Part shown: piece by piece, positions 20,580 to 31,752 of the stretch
Numbering within the stretch: position 1 is the stretch's first letter
How the letters are laid out: every line of letters begins with the position of its first letter
NCBI GenBank assembly: GCA_002722515.1
Contig: PBMH01000019.1
Span: forward strand, 25,523 to 89,522
Source of the DNA: Alphaproteobacteria bacterium
Lineage (GTDB): Bacteria > Pseudomonadota > Alphaproteobacteria > UBA6615
Length of the DNA: 64,000 nt
Direction of reading: 5' to 3'
Translations under genes and position numbers: made by a program
Notes under the pieces: generated by a model
What the model was told of the DNA's origin: nothing
Databases searched by the model: none
Seen by the model: the letters and a program-made list of their open reading frames with translations, nothing else

Positions 20580-22397
20580 TTAGCGTCGACCAAACAGCCG
20601 CTCGATATCGGTGAGATTCAACTCGACATAAGTCGGGCGTCCGTGATTGCACTGCCCCGCATGAGGGGTCATTTCCATCTCACGCAACAGGGCGTTCATC
20701 TCGTCGCGGTTCAGCCGCCGCCCGGCGCGCACGCTGCCATGGCAGGCCATGGTACTGCACACATCGTCGAGCCGCTCCTTGAGCGACTGCGTCGTGCCGA
20801 TCTCGGATAAATCATCGGCTAGGTCACGCACCAGTCCGGCCACGTCCGACTGCCCAAGCAACGCCGGGACCTCACGCACGACAACGGCGCCGGGCCCGAA
20901 TTTCTCAAGCACGAGACCAAGCTCTGCGAATTCGTCAAGTCGGTCCGCCAAGCGGTTGACCGAAGCCTCGTCCAGATCAACCACCTCGGGCAGCAGCAGC
21001 CCTTGGCAAGTCACCGCGCCACTCGCCAGCGCAGTCTTCATGCGTTCATAGACCAGCCGCTCATGGGCGGCATGCTGATCCACTATTACCAATCCCTGGG
21101 CTGTCTGGGCGACAATGTAGGTTTCATGTAGCTGGGCCTGAGCCGCGCCCAAAGGAAAAGATGTATCCTCCGTAGACGGCTCCATTATCGCGACCGCCGG
21201 CGGCGCCGATTCCAAACCCGGGATGACACTCGACCCATCCCGGGGAGCGAAATATTGTACCGCCGCCTCAGCCAGTCCCGTCGAAACCCGGCCGCCAAAC
21301 CCGCGCGCTCCACCATAGTCCGTCGACGAACCAGGCGCGTTAACCGACCGGAAAGCCCCCAGCGCAGTATCGGCGACCGTGGTCGAGGCCCGGTGTCCAG
21401 CCTCAGCAAGTGCATGCCGCAAACCTCCGACTATCAGCCCGCGCACAACGCCGGGGTCGCGGAAACGAACCTCGGCCTTCGCCGGATGCACATTCACATC
21501 GACCAGCTCGGGATCGATCTCGACGAAAAGCGCGACTAGCGAGTGTCGCCCGCGAGCTAGGAAATCCTGATAAGCACCGCGCACCGCTCCTGTCAGAAGT
21601 CGATCACGCACCGGGCGCCCGTTGATGAACAGATACTGGTGCTTAGTCGTCTTACGGTTCAGGGTAGGTAGGCCCGCATAGCCAGTGAGCCGGACCCCGT
21701 CCCGCTCGGCGTCGATGGTCAGGGAATTCTCGGCGAAGTCCCGCCCCATGACGTCGGCAAGCCGCCGCAATAGTGCACCTTCGGCCCCACCCAGATCCTC
21801 GGTGGCAGCGCTGGTGAAACGCTCACGCTCGCCGTCGCTAATTGTAAAGGCAATGCCCGGATGTGCCATGGCGAGCCGCTGAACCGTGTCGACAGCATGA
21901 TCTATCTCCGTCCGCTCGGTCTTGAGAAACTTTAGCCGCGCCGGCGTCGCATAAAAAAGATCGCGTACCTCAACCCGGGTGCCATAATCCAGCGGCGCCG
22001 GCTGTAAAGCATGCACATGTCCGCCTTCAACACAGATCTTCCAGCCATCCGCCCCGGCAACCCGTGACGAAATGCTCAGTCGGCTGACCGATCCGATGGA
22101 CGGCAATGCCTCTCCGCGAAACCCCAGCGTAACGACATGGGTTAGGTCATTGTTCGGCAGCTTCGACGTCGCATGGCGTTCTACAGCTAAGCCGAGTTCG
22201 TCCGGCGTCATGCCCGATCCGTCATCGCTCACCAAGATCAGAGCCCGACCGCCGTCGCGCAACACCACGTCAATCCGTCCTGCCCCGGCATCGATCGCAT
22301 TCTCGACCAACTCCTTCACAGCCGACGCCGGTCGTTCAATCACCTCACCGGCCGCGATCTGGTTGACGATGTTCTCGGGCAATCGTCGAATCTTCAT
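20580..22397 (-). CDS. mutL: DNA mismatch repair protein MutL
   Basis: GHKL ATPase N-terminus ([28 protein letters not shown]) and MutL C-terminal dimerisation domain. Confidence 0.95.
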   Translation of the reverse strand: MKIRRLPENIVNQIAAGEVIERPASAVKELVENAIDAGAGRIDVVLRDGGRALILVSDDGSGMTPDELGLAVERHATSKLPNNDLTHVVTLGFRGEALPSIGSVSRLSISSRVAGADGWKICVEGGHVHALQPAPLDYGTRVEVRDLFYATPARLKFLKTERTEIDHAVDTVQRLAMAHPGIAFTISDGERERFTSAATEDLGGAEGALLRRLADVMGRDFAENSLTIDAERDGVRLTGYAGLPTLNRKTTKHQYLFINGRPVRDRLLTGAVRGAYQDFLARGRHSLVALFVEIDPELVDVNVHPAKAEVRFRDPGVVRGLIVGGLRHALAEAGHRASTTVADTALGAFRSVNAPGSSTDYGGARGFGGRVSTGLAEAAVQYFAPRDGSSVIPGLESAPPAVAIMEPSTEDTSFPLGAAQAQLHETYIVAQTAQGLVIVDQHAAHERLVYERMKTALASGAVTCQGLLLPEVVDLDEASVNRLADRLDEFAELGLVLEKFGPGAVVVREVPALLGQSDVAGLVRDLADDLSEIGTTQSLKERLDDVCSTMACHGSVRAGRRLNRDEMNALLREMEMTPHAGQCNHGRPTYVELNLTDIERLFGRR

Positions 22398-23701
22398 TTC
22401 GTTTCCATAAGCAGTGCGCGTGCGCGTTCCTTGCCATCATCCACCGCCGGCTGATCAAAGGGATCAACTCCCAACATGAAGCAAGCGGTTACCGTCTCGA
22501 GCATGAAGTGAACCATAAGCGCACCCAATGCGGTTGGGTCGATCCTCGCCACGTCGATCCGCCGTACCGGGCGACCATGGGCACAAAGGCTGTCGATCGT
22601 CGCATCCTGTTCTGCCCCCAGGAGGTCGCCCGTCGTATGTCCGGCCAAAAATTCGATCCCCGCATGGGCCGCAAGATCAGGTGGCACGAGATCTCCACGT
22701 CCGGCCAGCGGCTGGGTGATGATGGTGAACATCTTGTCGTCCGGCCCATCGAGATAGAGCTGCAACTGGCTATGCTGATCGACAGATCCAAGCGCATCGA
22801 TAGGCGTCGTGCCGTGGCCATTCTTGCCAATGCTCTCGGCCCAGAGCTGGCGATGCCAGCGCACGAACGGCGCCAGCGCGTCGGCATAGGGCATTAGTAC
22901 GCTCATCTTCGCACCTTGGCTCTGCAGCAAAGCCAGCGAAACGGCCGCACCCAGCGCGGCGGGTACAGCGTCGATATCCTCACCGGAGAGGTTGGCTTCC
23001 AGGGCCTCGGCAGCGCCGGCTCGTACCGAAGCAATATCAATTCCTGCGAGCGCGGCCGGCAGCAGTCCCACGGCGCTCAGGACTGCGTAGCGCCCCCCAA
23101 TATCGGTCGGATGGTCGATTACCGGTACATTCCAGCGCGCGGCTAGGCGCTGTATCGGGTTGCCGCCCGGCTCGGTGATCGCGACCGCATAATCCGCCAC
23201 AGCATCGCTGCCACGCTGCGTCATCAGGTCAGGCATCAGGGTCATCGCCAAGGTCAGCGTTTCCGCCGTGCCGCCGGACTTCGAGACCATTATCATCCCC
23301 GTGCGCGACAGGTCCACCGACGCACGGAATCGCGCCAGCGTATCCGGATCGGGGTTGTTGAGAAACCGGACATCCACCGGTGGGGTCAGCGCGACGGCGC
23401 AGAGTGCCTCTGCGCCGAGGCTCGAGCCGCCCACACCAAGAACGGCCACTGTATCGCAATGGGCCATAAGGTTCTCAGCCACGTCCTGGATCGCGACTAG
23501 ATCATCTACCTGCGAAGCGATCGAGACAGCCGGAAAGCCGCCCTCGGCGATGTCATCACGCATCGCATGCCATACGTCCCAAGCCACCGCACGGGCTCCC
23601 GACAGCGCGTCGGTCGTGAGGCCACCATCGCCAATTGTATCGGCCATGCAGCCGTTGACATCCTGAGTATAAAGTTCTGGCATCCGGGTTCCGTCAATCA
23701 C
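22394..23701 (-). CDS. pgi: glucose-6-phosphate isomerase (short form)
   Basis: PGI signatures [17 protein letters not shown] and [12 protein letters not shown]. Start is either the GTG at 23701 or the ATG at 23683. Confidence 0.8.
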   Translation of the reverse strand: MIDGTRMPELYTQDVNGCMADTIGDGGLTTDALSGARAVAWDVWHAMRDDIAEGGFPAVSIASQVDDLVAIQDVAENLMAHCDTVAVLGVGGSSLGAEALCAVALTPPVDVRFLNNPDPDTLARFRASVDLSRTGMIMVSKSGGTAETLTLAMTLMPDLMTQRGSDAVADYAVAITEPGGNPIQRLAARWNVPVIDHPTDIGGRYAVLSAVGLLPAALAGIDIASVRAGAAEALEANLSGEDIDAVPAALGAAVSLALLQSQGAKMSVLMPYADALAPFVRWHRQLWAESIGKNGHGTTPIDALGSVDQHSQLQLYLDGPDDKMFTIITQPLAGRGDLVPPDLAAHAGIEFLAGHTTGDLLGAEQDATIDSLCAHGRPVRRIDVARIDPTALGALMVHFMLETVTACFMLGVDPFDQPAVDDGKERARALLMETK

Positions 23702-23801
23702 TCTCGAACCGGCAGTTTGCGTCGTTTACCGAGCCGGTAACAATTACCCATATTGTGGACAATTTGGGCGAGTCGGAGAACATCGAGCATCCTGACCCTG
23801 G

Positions 23802-25172
23802 TCAACCTCCATTGGCAATTACCGTCGTCGCTAATAGTCCTTCAGGGTTTCCGACAACCACTACGGTCAGTGCGGTTGGGTCGAGTATCTTCCGCGCGAT
23901 GCGCTGAACGTCCTCTAGGGTGACTGCCTCAATCAGATTATTCCGCCGATTCAGGAAGTCGATTCCGAGGTCGCGAAACTGCACCGCCACCAGAGTTCCT
24001 GCGATCGCCATGGTGTTGTCGAAGCGCAATCCGAAAGACCCGATCAGGTTTGCCTTAGCCCCGTCGAGTTCCTCTTGCGAGATCGCAGACTCTTGAGCAC
24101 GCGCCCACTGCTCGCGGATGAGTTCTACAGATTTCGACACGGCAACATTTTCGGTGCCCGCGTGCCCCATCCACAACGCTCCGTTCTGGAGCGGCAACAG
24201 ATAGCTTAGCACCGAATAGGCGAGACCGCGTTTCTCGCGCACCTCATTATAAAGCCACGACGTGAAACTACCGCCACCGAGCAAATGATTGAGAACTATC
24301 GCAGCATAGTAATCCGGATCATCGCGATATAAACCACGATGACCAAACACGATCCGACTTTGCGGAATGTTGCGCTCTACAATAATAACCTCGCCTTCTG
24401 AATCCGGTTCAGCGCGAGGAATAGTAAATGGCTCAGCTCTCTCCGGAAGCCCGCCAAAGGTGGCGTCAAGAAGTGGCCCGAGTTCCGCTGCCGTCACATC
24501 ACCAACAACACCAATAATCAAATCGCTGCGCGCGAGACGCCTGTCCACGAACCCGCGCAAGTCCGCCTCGGTGATCATCTGAATGGCCTCGGGAGTTCCC
24601 TTCATCGACCGACTATATGGATGGTCACCGAACACCGCTTCGCGAAAGGTCTTTTGGGCGATCCGGTTCGGATCGTTAGCGCTCGCTGCAATGCCGGCAA
24701 GAACCTGGGCCTGAATACGCTCAATCGGCTGGGAATCGAATCGCGGCCTCGTCACGGCCAGCCGCAATAGGTTGAACGCCTCGTCACGATTACTCGTGAG
24801 TGTTTTCATGCGCCCCCCGAAAAAGTCGAGCGTGGCATCAAACGACAGTGAGATCGACTGGTCCGCGAGGCGGGTCTGAAATGCTAGTGAATCGAGATCG
24901 CCCGCACCCTCATCAAGAAGACCCGAAACCATGTTTGCCAAACCTTCCTTGCCAACCGGATCAGTTGCCGCGCCGCCTGGAAACAGGAATCGCACCGATA
25001 CGATAGGCAGCGAATGGTCCTCGACCAACCACGCTTCGATGCCATCCGGGCTAATTACCTGTTGGATATCGAAGGCCTTGGCAGGCGTAGCTGCAGCACC
25101 CATCATCAGCAGCAGTGACATCAGGAAATTGCCACTGCCGCGCGTGTACTTCAGTTTCAAGATAGAGATCAT
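23802..25172 (-). CDS. M16 family peptidase, non-catalytic partner subunit (secreted)
   Basis: Signal peptide; M16 fold without the HxxEH zinc motif; 2 nt downstream of the active partner. Confidence 0.8.
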   Translation of the reverse strand: MISILKLKYTRGSGNFLMSLLLMMGAAATPAKAFDIQQVISPDGIEAWLVEDHSLPIVSVRFLFPGGAATDPVGKEGLANMVSGLLDEGAGDLDSLAFQTRLADQSISLSFDATLDFFGGRMKTLTSNRDEAFNLLRLAVTRPRFDSQPIERIQAQVLAGIAASANDPNRIAQKTFREAVFGDHPYSRSMKGTPEAIQMITEADLRGFVDRRLARSDLIIGVVGDVTAAELGPLLDATFGGLPERAEPFTIPRAEPDSEGEVIIVERNIPQSRIVFGHRGLYRDDPDYYAAIVLNHLLGGGSFTSWLYNEVREKRGLAYSVLSYLLPLQNGALWMGHAGTENVAVSKSVELIREQWARAQESAISQEELDGAKANLIGSFGLRFDNTMAIAGTLVAVQFRDLGIDFLNRRNNLIEAVTLEDVQRIARKILDPTALTVVVVGNPEGLLATTVIANGG

Positions 25173-25174
25173 TT

Positions 25175-26536
25175 TTAACTACCTTCCTCTGCCGGTAGCA
25201 ATATGCCGGTCGTAGACCGATTTTTATCGAGCGTCTGTCGCGCGGCAGTATTGACCTGATCCACGGTCACGCCCCGTATCCGGTCAGGCCATGCCTCAAC
25301 ATCGGCGACAGTCTGCCCCGCCGTAAGGGCCTCACCCAGCACGCGTGCGGGACCGCCAATACTGTCCCGTGCGAAAACTGCGCTGTCGATCAGGCGCTTC
25401 TTAGCGCGGGCCAACTCACGCTCAGTGATCCCCTCGTCGAGCAGTAAAGCGATCTGTACATCTATCTCCAAGCGAACCGTCTCGATATCGACACCCGGCC
25501 GCGGACTGAACCATAGGCCGAATATGGTGAGGTCAAGATCGCTAGGCGAATACCAAGCGCCAGCGGACGCAGCGATGGCCTCATCGACCACTAGCGAGCG
25601 ATAGATCCGGCCCGTGGCACCACCCCCTAATATCTCGGCCAAAAGCTCAAGCGCATAGGCATGCTCAGTATCCCCGGCAGCGTAGCTTGGAGCGAGATAG
25701 CGGCGGGACCAACTGGGCTGTTCCACACGTGCGTCGTGCATCACCACTTCACGCGGCGCCAGCTGGGGCGGCTCGACCGGACGGACCCGCGGCGCCAGAT
25801 GGTTTGCAGGAACCTTGCCATATGTCGCACGGGCAAGGCGGAGCACTTCCTGCGGATCTACATCGCCGGAAACAACAAGGATTGAATTGTTGGGCGCGTA
25901 CCAAGTCTCGTAGAAGGATTCTAGATCCGCGCGGCTAATCGCCTTAATTTCGTGCGCCCATCCAATAACCGGGAGGCGGTAAGGATGGTTGAGCCAAGTA
26001 ATCGCATTCACTTGCTCAGACAGCAGCGAAAGCGGACTGTTTTCCGTTCGCGACCTGCGTTCCTCTAGGATAACCTTGCGCTCTATGTTGATAATCTCGT
26101 CAGTCAGGACTAGGCCCGTCATCCGGTCAGCCTCGAGTTCCATTACCAGGCCTAAATGGCGCGGCGCGACCGTCTGGAAGTAGCCGGTATAGTCCTGAGC
26201 CGTAAACGCATTCTCGCGTCCACCGACTGAGGCGATGATTTCAGAGAACTCCCCCGACACACGCGTCTCGGTTCCCTTAAACATCAAATGTTCTAAAAAA
26301 TGCGCAATGCCAGATTTTCCAGGTGGCTCGTCAGCAGCGCCCGCGCGATACCAAACCATATGGGTCACGACCGGCGCACGGTGATTCTCGATTACCACCA
26401 CCTGCATGCCGTTCCCCAATTTGAATGTAATCGGGTTAAAGACCTGTGCATGCGAGGTATTCGCCATCGGCAACAGAGGGATCAGCGACAACAACATAGC
26501 GCGGATAGCAGACATGAGAGGGAACCAAGGCATCAA
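25175..26536 (-). CDS. M16 family zinc peptidase (pitrilysin-like), catalytic subunit
   Basis: Signal peptide; inverted zinc motif HFLEHLMFKGT. Confidence 0.85.
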   Translation of the reverse strand: MMPWFPLMSAIRAMLLSLIPLLPMANTSHAQVFNPITFKLGNGMQVVVIENHRAPVVTHMVWYRAGAADEPPGKSGIAHFLEHLMFKGTETRVSGEFSEIIASVGGRENAFTAQDYTGYFQTVAPRHLGLVMELEADRMTGLVLTDEIINIERKVILEERRSRTENSPLSLLSEQVNAITWLNHPYRLPVIGWAHEIKAISRADLESFYETWYAPNNSILVVSGDVDPQEVLRLARATYGKVPANHLAPRVRPVEPPQLAPREVVMHDARVEQPSWSRRYLAPSYAAGDTEHAYALELLAEILGGGATGRIYRSLVVDEAIAASAGAWYSPSDLDLTIFGLWFSPRPGVDIETVRLEIDVQIALLLDEGITERELARAKKRLIDSAVFARDSIGGPARVLGEALTAGQTVADVEAWPDRIRGVTVDQVNTAARQTLDKNRSTTGILLPAEEGS

Positions 26537-26666
26537 TTCCGTTCCTTTACCACGATACGATTAGATCAGAATCAGATAGAGCACGCGGTCGCCAGACTGC
26601 AATGCAGAATACCGACACAACACTTACTTTAACGGGATACTCGACGAAATTGCGGCGACGCGGCGT

Positions 26667-27278
26667 CTAGAAAATGTCGAGCAAACTTTTGCGCGTACGC
26701 GAAATGGTCGGCACTTCGCCTTCAGCCGGCGGGACACCCAGCGCCTGATTCTCCCGAAGACGGCGCGATTCCTCAGGCGCATCCACGATATTGTCGACCG
26801 CATCTTGTTTTAGGCCCAGAAGTTCACGAATGAAGTTCTGGTTCTCATGCTTGAGAATCGAGGTCTCACGATCAATCTGGGCACGGATCCGCGGATTGGT
26901 GTCCAGCGCGCGAGCACGGGCGAGGAAGGCCGATTCCCCGGTCGTCGTCTGCTGCACTCGCGCACGCGGGGCCGAACGAGTTGACGGGCCGACATTCCCG
27001 CGCGTGGTTCGTTCGTTCTCATCACCGCGAAAAACTGCCTGGCGGGCCTGCTCACGCGTCGAAACAGTCGTCAAATCTTCGGCACCGGGCCGCGGCGGAC
27101 GCAGCTTGAAATCTGGCGGTTGCGAAAGCGGTGCGCGCGGCACAACTGCGAACTCGTCCGGAGCAGTACGCTGCAGACCGAGGGCGCGCTTGGTCGAATC
27201 GCCGCATGCCGCGAGCATCATCGCAGTTACCATAAGCAGGATGATCGTGCATTGATTACGCTTGGATGTCTCAAACAT
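26667..27278 (-). CDS. hypothetical lipoprotein (possibly DUF3035-like); sits upstream of lspA
   Basis: Lipobox LAAC after a hydrophobic signal; low-complexity polar remainder. Confidence 0.5.
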   Translation of the reverse strand: MFETSKRNQCTIILLMVTAMMLAACGDSTKRALGLQRTAPDEFAVVPRAPLSQPPDFKLRPPRPGAEDLTTVSTREQARQAVFRGDENERTTRGNVGPSTRSAPRARVQQTTTGESAFLARARALDTNPRIRAQIDRETSILKHENQNFIRELLGLKQDAVDNIVDAPEESRRLRENQALGVPPAEGEVPTISRTRKSLLDIF

Positions 27279-27330
27279 ACCGGCAGTTTCCGTCCGTTCG
27301 TCGTCTGACTTCCGTATCAGACCTGTAAAC

Positions 27331-27798
27331 CTATTTTAGCGAACGCGGAGAACCGAACAAGCCGTCGAATATCAACATTGCTGTACCTACAACGATAACC
27401 ATATCAGCGATGTTGAACGCCGGCCAATGCCAGCCAAAGCCGTGGATGTCGATGAAGTCAACCACCGCGCCGTAGACCACCCGATCTACAACGTTGCCCA
27501 GCGCCCCGGCTATAACGAGCAGAAGTGCGTATCGCACGACAATCTGGCCCGCGCGTACAAACCAGACTATTAGAAACACAACTATCACAAGTGCGAGTAC
27601 CACGAGAATCCAGCGCGACACTTCTGCCCCACCGAACAGGCCGAAGCTGATCCCGCGGTTCCAGACCGGGACCAGATTTAAGAAGAATGTGACAGGTATA
27701 ATGGTCGGCGGGTCAAAAACCATAACTAGCATTGCGTGCTTAACTAGTTGATCTATTGCGATCAGCACAATGACTGTTACTAGGGCCCGTCGCTGCAT
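27331..27798 (-). CDS. lspA: lipoprotein signal peptidase II
   Basis: 155 aa; LspA motifs NRGISFG and FNIAD. Confidence 0.9.
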   Translation of the reverse strand: MQRRALVTVIVLIAIDQLVKHAMLVMVFDPPTIIPVTFFLNLVPVWNRGISFGLFGGAEVSRWILVVLALVIVVFLIVWFVRAGQIVVRYALLLVIAGALGNVVDRVVYGAVVDFIDIHGFGWHWPAFNIADMVIVVGTAMLIFDGLFGSPRSLK

Positions 27799-27809
27799 GT
27801 CACGTCCAC

Positions 27810-30650
27810 CTAATCGGCGCTACCCTGACGACCATTAATAGCCGCCGCACAGCGACCACAGACATCGGGATAGTCACTGGCGCCAACATCTGGCAACACC
27901 TGCCAGCAGCGGGCACATTTCTCGCCCTCCGCCAGAGCTGGTTCGACCGCGAGCGCCTCGACATCTGAAAGCCGAAACGCGCTATCCGGTGGGGCGGCCT
28001 CGACGAGTGTCCCACCCGAGGTAATGCAAATCTCGGCAAGGTCGAGACCCGTCATCGCAGCCGCTGTTTCCCCGTCAACATAAACCGTCGGGGCCGCCTG
28101 GAGGCTAGACCCGATGCGTTTTTCAGCGCGTTCAATTTCGAGTGCCCCCGTGACCACCCGTCGCAAATTTCGCACCTTTTCCCACTTATTCGCTAACGCG
28201 TCGTCGCGCCAAGTATTCGGCACATCGGGGAAAGTCCGCAGATGTACCGAATCCACATCGCTACCCGAACGCCTCGCCAGCCAAGCTTCCTCAGCGGTAA
28301 AACACAAGATCGGCGCCAGCCATGCAGTTAGGTACGAAAACAGCGCGTCAAGCACAGTGCGCGCTGCGCGGCGGCGCACACTGTCCACACTATCGCAATA
28401 GAGGGCGTCCTTACGAATATCAAAATAGAAGGCCGATAGTTCTACCGCGCAGAAATTATGCAGCGCGGTCCATTGCGTGTGGAACTCAAAGTCGTCGGTG
28501 GTCTGCCGCACGAGTGCGTCCATCGCGTGGATGCGATGCAGGACCCAGCGTTCAAGCTCCGGCATCTCGACCACCGGCACCCGTTCGCTATCCTCGAAAC
28601 CATCGAGATTTCCCAACAGGAACCGCAGCGTATTTCGGATGCGTCGATAAAGGTCGGACTGATGCTTTAGGATCTCCGGTCCAAGGCGCAAATCCTCGGA
28701 ATAGTCCGAACTTACGACCCAAATTCGGAGGATGTCGGCTCCGAGGCTCTCCACCGTTTCCTGCGGTGAAACGTCGGTCCCGCGAGACTTGGACATCTTG
28801 CGGCCATCCTCAGCCATAACAAAGCCATGGGTGAGGACGGCGTCATAGGGTGCCCGCCCACGTGTGCCACAGGATTCAAGAAGCGAGGAATGAAACCAGC
28901 CGCGATGCTGATCAGAACCCTCGAGATAGAGTGAGGCTGGCCACTGCAGGTCATCGCGATCCTCGAGTACAAAAGCATGGGTCGAACCGGAGTCGAACCA
29001 GACATCAACAATGTCGCGCACCTGTTCATATTCTTCCGCGTCATAATCGTTTCCGAGGAATCTCGACGGCGGACTCGCGAACCAAGAGTCTCCGCCCTCC
29101 GCAGCAAAAGCTTCCGCAATACGATCGAACACTGCCTGATCACGCAACAACTCACCCGTCTGCTTATGTACGAAGATCGGGATCGGAACGCCCCATGCGC
29201 GCTGGCGCGAGATGCACCAGTCCGGCCGCGTCTCGATCATGGAACGCAGGCGCGTCTGACCCTGGGAGGGCACGAAACGGGTCTCAGAAATCGCTGTTAG
29301 GGCCTTATCGCGTAAATCGTTCGTCTTCATTGAGATGAACCATTGCGAGGTGTTGCGGAAGATCAGTGGCGCCTTAGAGCGCCAAGAGTGGGGATAAGAA
29401 TGCTCAAGCCGACGGCGACCGAGCAAAGCGTTTTCACCTTCGAGCACGCTCATCACCGCGCCATTGGCTTCACCCTCATCACCATCGGGCGTTAGGACAG
29501 CCATACCAGCGAATAGCGGTACATGCTCAAAATAGCAGCCCACCTCGTTGACCATGTCTGGAACGGACAGATCATGGGCACGTCCCAGGTGGAAATCGTC
29601 CTCACCATGGCTCGGTGCAATGTGCACGAAGCCGGTACCCTGATCGATGGTTACAAAGTCACCCGCGAAGACAGGAACCTCATGGTCAAAGCCCTTTGCA
29701 TGCAGCGGGTGCACACATACGCTGCCCACAATGTCTTCACCCCTTAGAAGCGCGACATCCTCAGATCCCTCGATGCCCATCTCCTGGCAGGCGGACTCTC
29801 GCAGAGCCTTCGCTATGACTAGTTCGTCACCAACCTGGACGCGGCTCTTCTCGTTCACCACTTCGACCCGAATGCGCACATAGTCGAGCTCAGCACCGAC
29901 CGCGATGGCGCGGTTGCCGGGGATCGTCCAGGGAGTTGTCGTCCAGATAACAATGGCCGCTCCATCGAGTGCCCGATCAGCCCCAGAGACAACTGGGAAA
30001 CGAACATAGATCGAGGGCGAGACATGATCCTCATACTCGACCTCGGCATCAGCGAGCGCCGTCTTTTCGACGACCGACCAGAGGACAGGACGGGCACCGC
30101 GATACAGGCCACCATTCATCGCGAACTTCGCAATCTCACGGGCAATCTGAGCCTCGGCGCCATAGGCCATAGTCGTATAGGGGTCGTGCCAATTGCCTAT
30201 CACCCCGAGCCGCTGGAATTCCTCCGACTGGATATCTATCCACTTGGCAGCAAACTCACGGCACTCGTTACGGAACTCGAGGATCGGTACATCGTCCTTG
30301 TTCTGACCGTCGGCGCGATACTGCTCTTCAATCTTCCACTCGATAGGTAGACCATGACAGTCCCAGCCAGGAACATAGTTAGAATCCTTTCCCATCATCT
30401 GCTGAGAACGACTGATCACATCCTTCAAAATCTTGTTCAACGCATGCCCGATATGCAGATGGCCATTGGCATAAGGCGGGCCATCATGCAGGACGAAGGG
30501 GGGGCGCCCCGCCGATTCCGCCCGCTGGCGAGAAAACAATTCGAGATCCGCCCAATACGCGAGTAGCTCGGGCTCCTTTTTTGGTAACCCGGCGCGCATC
30601 GGAAAATCGGTCTTCGGAAGGAAGACGGTATCCTTGTAATCAATTGCCAT
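27810..30650 (-). CDS. ileS: isoleucine--tRNA ligase
   Basis: 946 aa; class I HIGH (GHLHIGH) and KMSKS motifs; C-terminal zinc-finger Cys cluster. Confidence 0.95.
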   Translation of the reverse strand: MAIDYKDTVFLPKTDFPMRAGLPKKEPELLAYWADLELFSRQRAESAGRPPFVLHDGPPYANGHLHIGHALNKILKDVISRSQQMMGKDSNYVPGWDCHGLPIEWKIEEQYRADGQNKDDVPILEFRNECREFAAKWIDIQSEEFQRLGVIGNWHDPYTTMAYGAEAQIAREIAKFAMNGGLYRGARPVLWSVVEKTALADAEVEYEDHVSPSIYVRFPVVSGADRALDGAAIVIWTTTPWTIPGNRAIAVGAELDYVRIRVEVVNEKSRVQVGDELVIAKALRESACQEMGIEGSEDVALLRGEDIVGSVCVHPLHAKGFDHEVPVFAGDFVTIDQGTGFVHIAPSHGEDDFHLGRAHDLSVPDMVNEVGCYFEHVPLFAGMAVLTPDGDEGEANGAVMSVLEGENALLGRRRLEHSYPHSWRSKAPLIFRNTSQWFISMKTNDLRDKALTAISETRFVPSQGQTRLRSMIETRPDWCISRQRAWGVPIPIFVHKQTGELLRDQAVFDRIAEAFAAEGGDSWFASPPSRFLGNDYDAEEYEQVRDIVDVWFDSGSTHAFVLEDRDDLQWPASLYLEGSDQHRGWFHSSLLESCGTRGRAPYDAVLTHGFVMAEDGRKMSKSRGTDVSPQETVESLGADILRIWVVSSDYSEDLRLGPEILKHQSDLYRRIRNTLRFLLGNLDGFEDSERVPVVEMPELERWVLHRIHAMDALVRQTTDDFEFHTQWTALHNFCAVELSAFYFDIRKDALYCDSVDSVRRRAARTVLDALFSYLTAWLAPILCFTAEEAWLARRSGSDVDSVHLRTFPDVPNTWRDDALANKWEKVRNLRRVVTGALEIERAEKRIGSSLQAAPTVYVDGETAAAMTGLDLAEICITSGGTLVEAAPPDSAFRLSDVEALAVEPALAEGEKCARCWQVLPDVGASDYPDVCGRCAAAINGRQGSAD

Positions 30651-30723
30651 GTTCTGTTCCCAAGCGACCGAGCGGCTTATAGAGCGGTGTGTTTAAGACG
30701 GCAACAGCCGGACGCACGATGTC

Positions 30724-31701
30724 TTAAACATCCTCGCCAACAAAATCACCGGCGCCGAGCGCACGGGCCTGCAAAAGCTCCCGCGCCTGCCGAGAATCTT
30801 CAGCGATCTGCGCAGTCAGGCGGTCGATCCCGTCGAACTTCTGTTCCGGTCGCAGAAAGTCTACTAAGGCCACGCGCAGATAACGACCGTAAATGTCGGC
30901 ATCAAAATCAAACAGATGGGCCTCGAGGACCAACTTTTCGCCATCTACGGTAGGCCGAACGCCGATATTTGCCACCCCGTCATACCAGTGAATGTTATCC
31001 CCCTCACCTACGCCACCACGGATCGTGTATACGCCGCGGGTCGGTCGGATTGCCTCACCCATATCCACGTTAGCGGTCGGAAAACCAATAGTACGACCGA
31101 GTTGTCTACCCATGCCAACTCGACCTTCAACTTCCCAAAGATGCCCAAGCAGCGCCGCAGCGCGTTGTGGCTTTCCGTTGGTCAAATATTTGCGAATTAG
31201 GGTAGAGGAGTAGACTTCGCCCGCGTCGTCGCAGGCGGGATCAACACACGTTACATCAAAACCGAGTTCTGCACCGCGCCGGGTCAGAAGTTCGAAGTCG
31301 CCGTCGCGGCCAGAGCCGAACTTGAAGTTATAGCCAACTACTATATGGGCCGACGCGATGCCGCCGTGCAGAAACTCAGACACAAATTGCTCAGCTGTGC
31401 ATTGCGACAGTGCCTTGTTGAATCTCAAAACGAACAGCTGCTCAACTCCAAGTGCCTGAAACTCACGCACCTTGATACGGAATGGCGTCAGACGAAAAGG
31501 CGCGTCTGCGTTACCAAAGAAGGCACGCGGATGTGGCTCAAAGGTAAGGACAGCAAATTGACGCGACTGGGCGCGCGCGATATCGCGCGCGGTTGCGATC
31601 ACTTTCTGATGACCGCGGTGTAGCCCATCAAAGTTGCCGATGGCGACCACCGACCCCTTAGCGGAATCGGGTAGGTCGCTCGCGTGTCTGTATATCCGCA
31701 T
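30724..31701 (-). CDS. ribF: bifunctional riboflavin kinase / FMN adenylyltransferase
   Basis: N-terminal nucleotidyltransferase motif (GNFDGLHRGHQ) and C-terminal riboflavin kinase domain. Confidence 0.9.
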   Translation of the reverse strand: MRIYRHASDLPDSAKGSVVAIGNFDGLHRGHQKVIATARDIARAQSRQFAVLTFEPHPRAFFGNADAPFRLTPFRIKVREFQALGVEQLFVLRFNKALSQCTAEQFVSEFLHGGIASAHIVVGYNFKFGSGRDGDFELLTRRGAELGFDVTCVDPACDDAGEVYSSTLIRKYLTNGKPQRAAALLGHLWEVEGRVGMGRQLGRTIGFPTANVDMGEAIRPTRGVYTIRGGVGEGDNIHWYDGVANIGVRPTVDGEKLVLEAHLFDFDADIYGRYLRVALVDFLRPEQKFDGIDRLTAQIAEDSRQARELLQARALGAGDFVGEDV

Positions 31702-31752
31702 GCGCGGGATTTACGCGTAGCCTGCACGTTGATCAAGCGCCGTTGTGCAAAA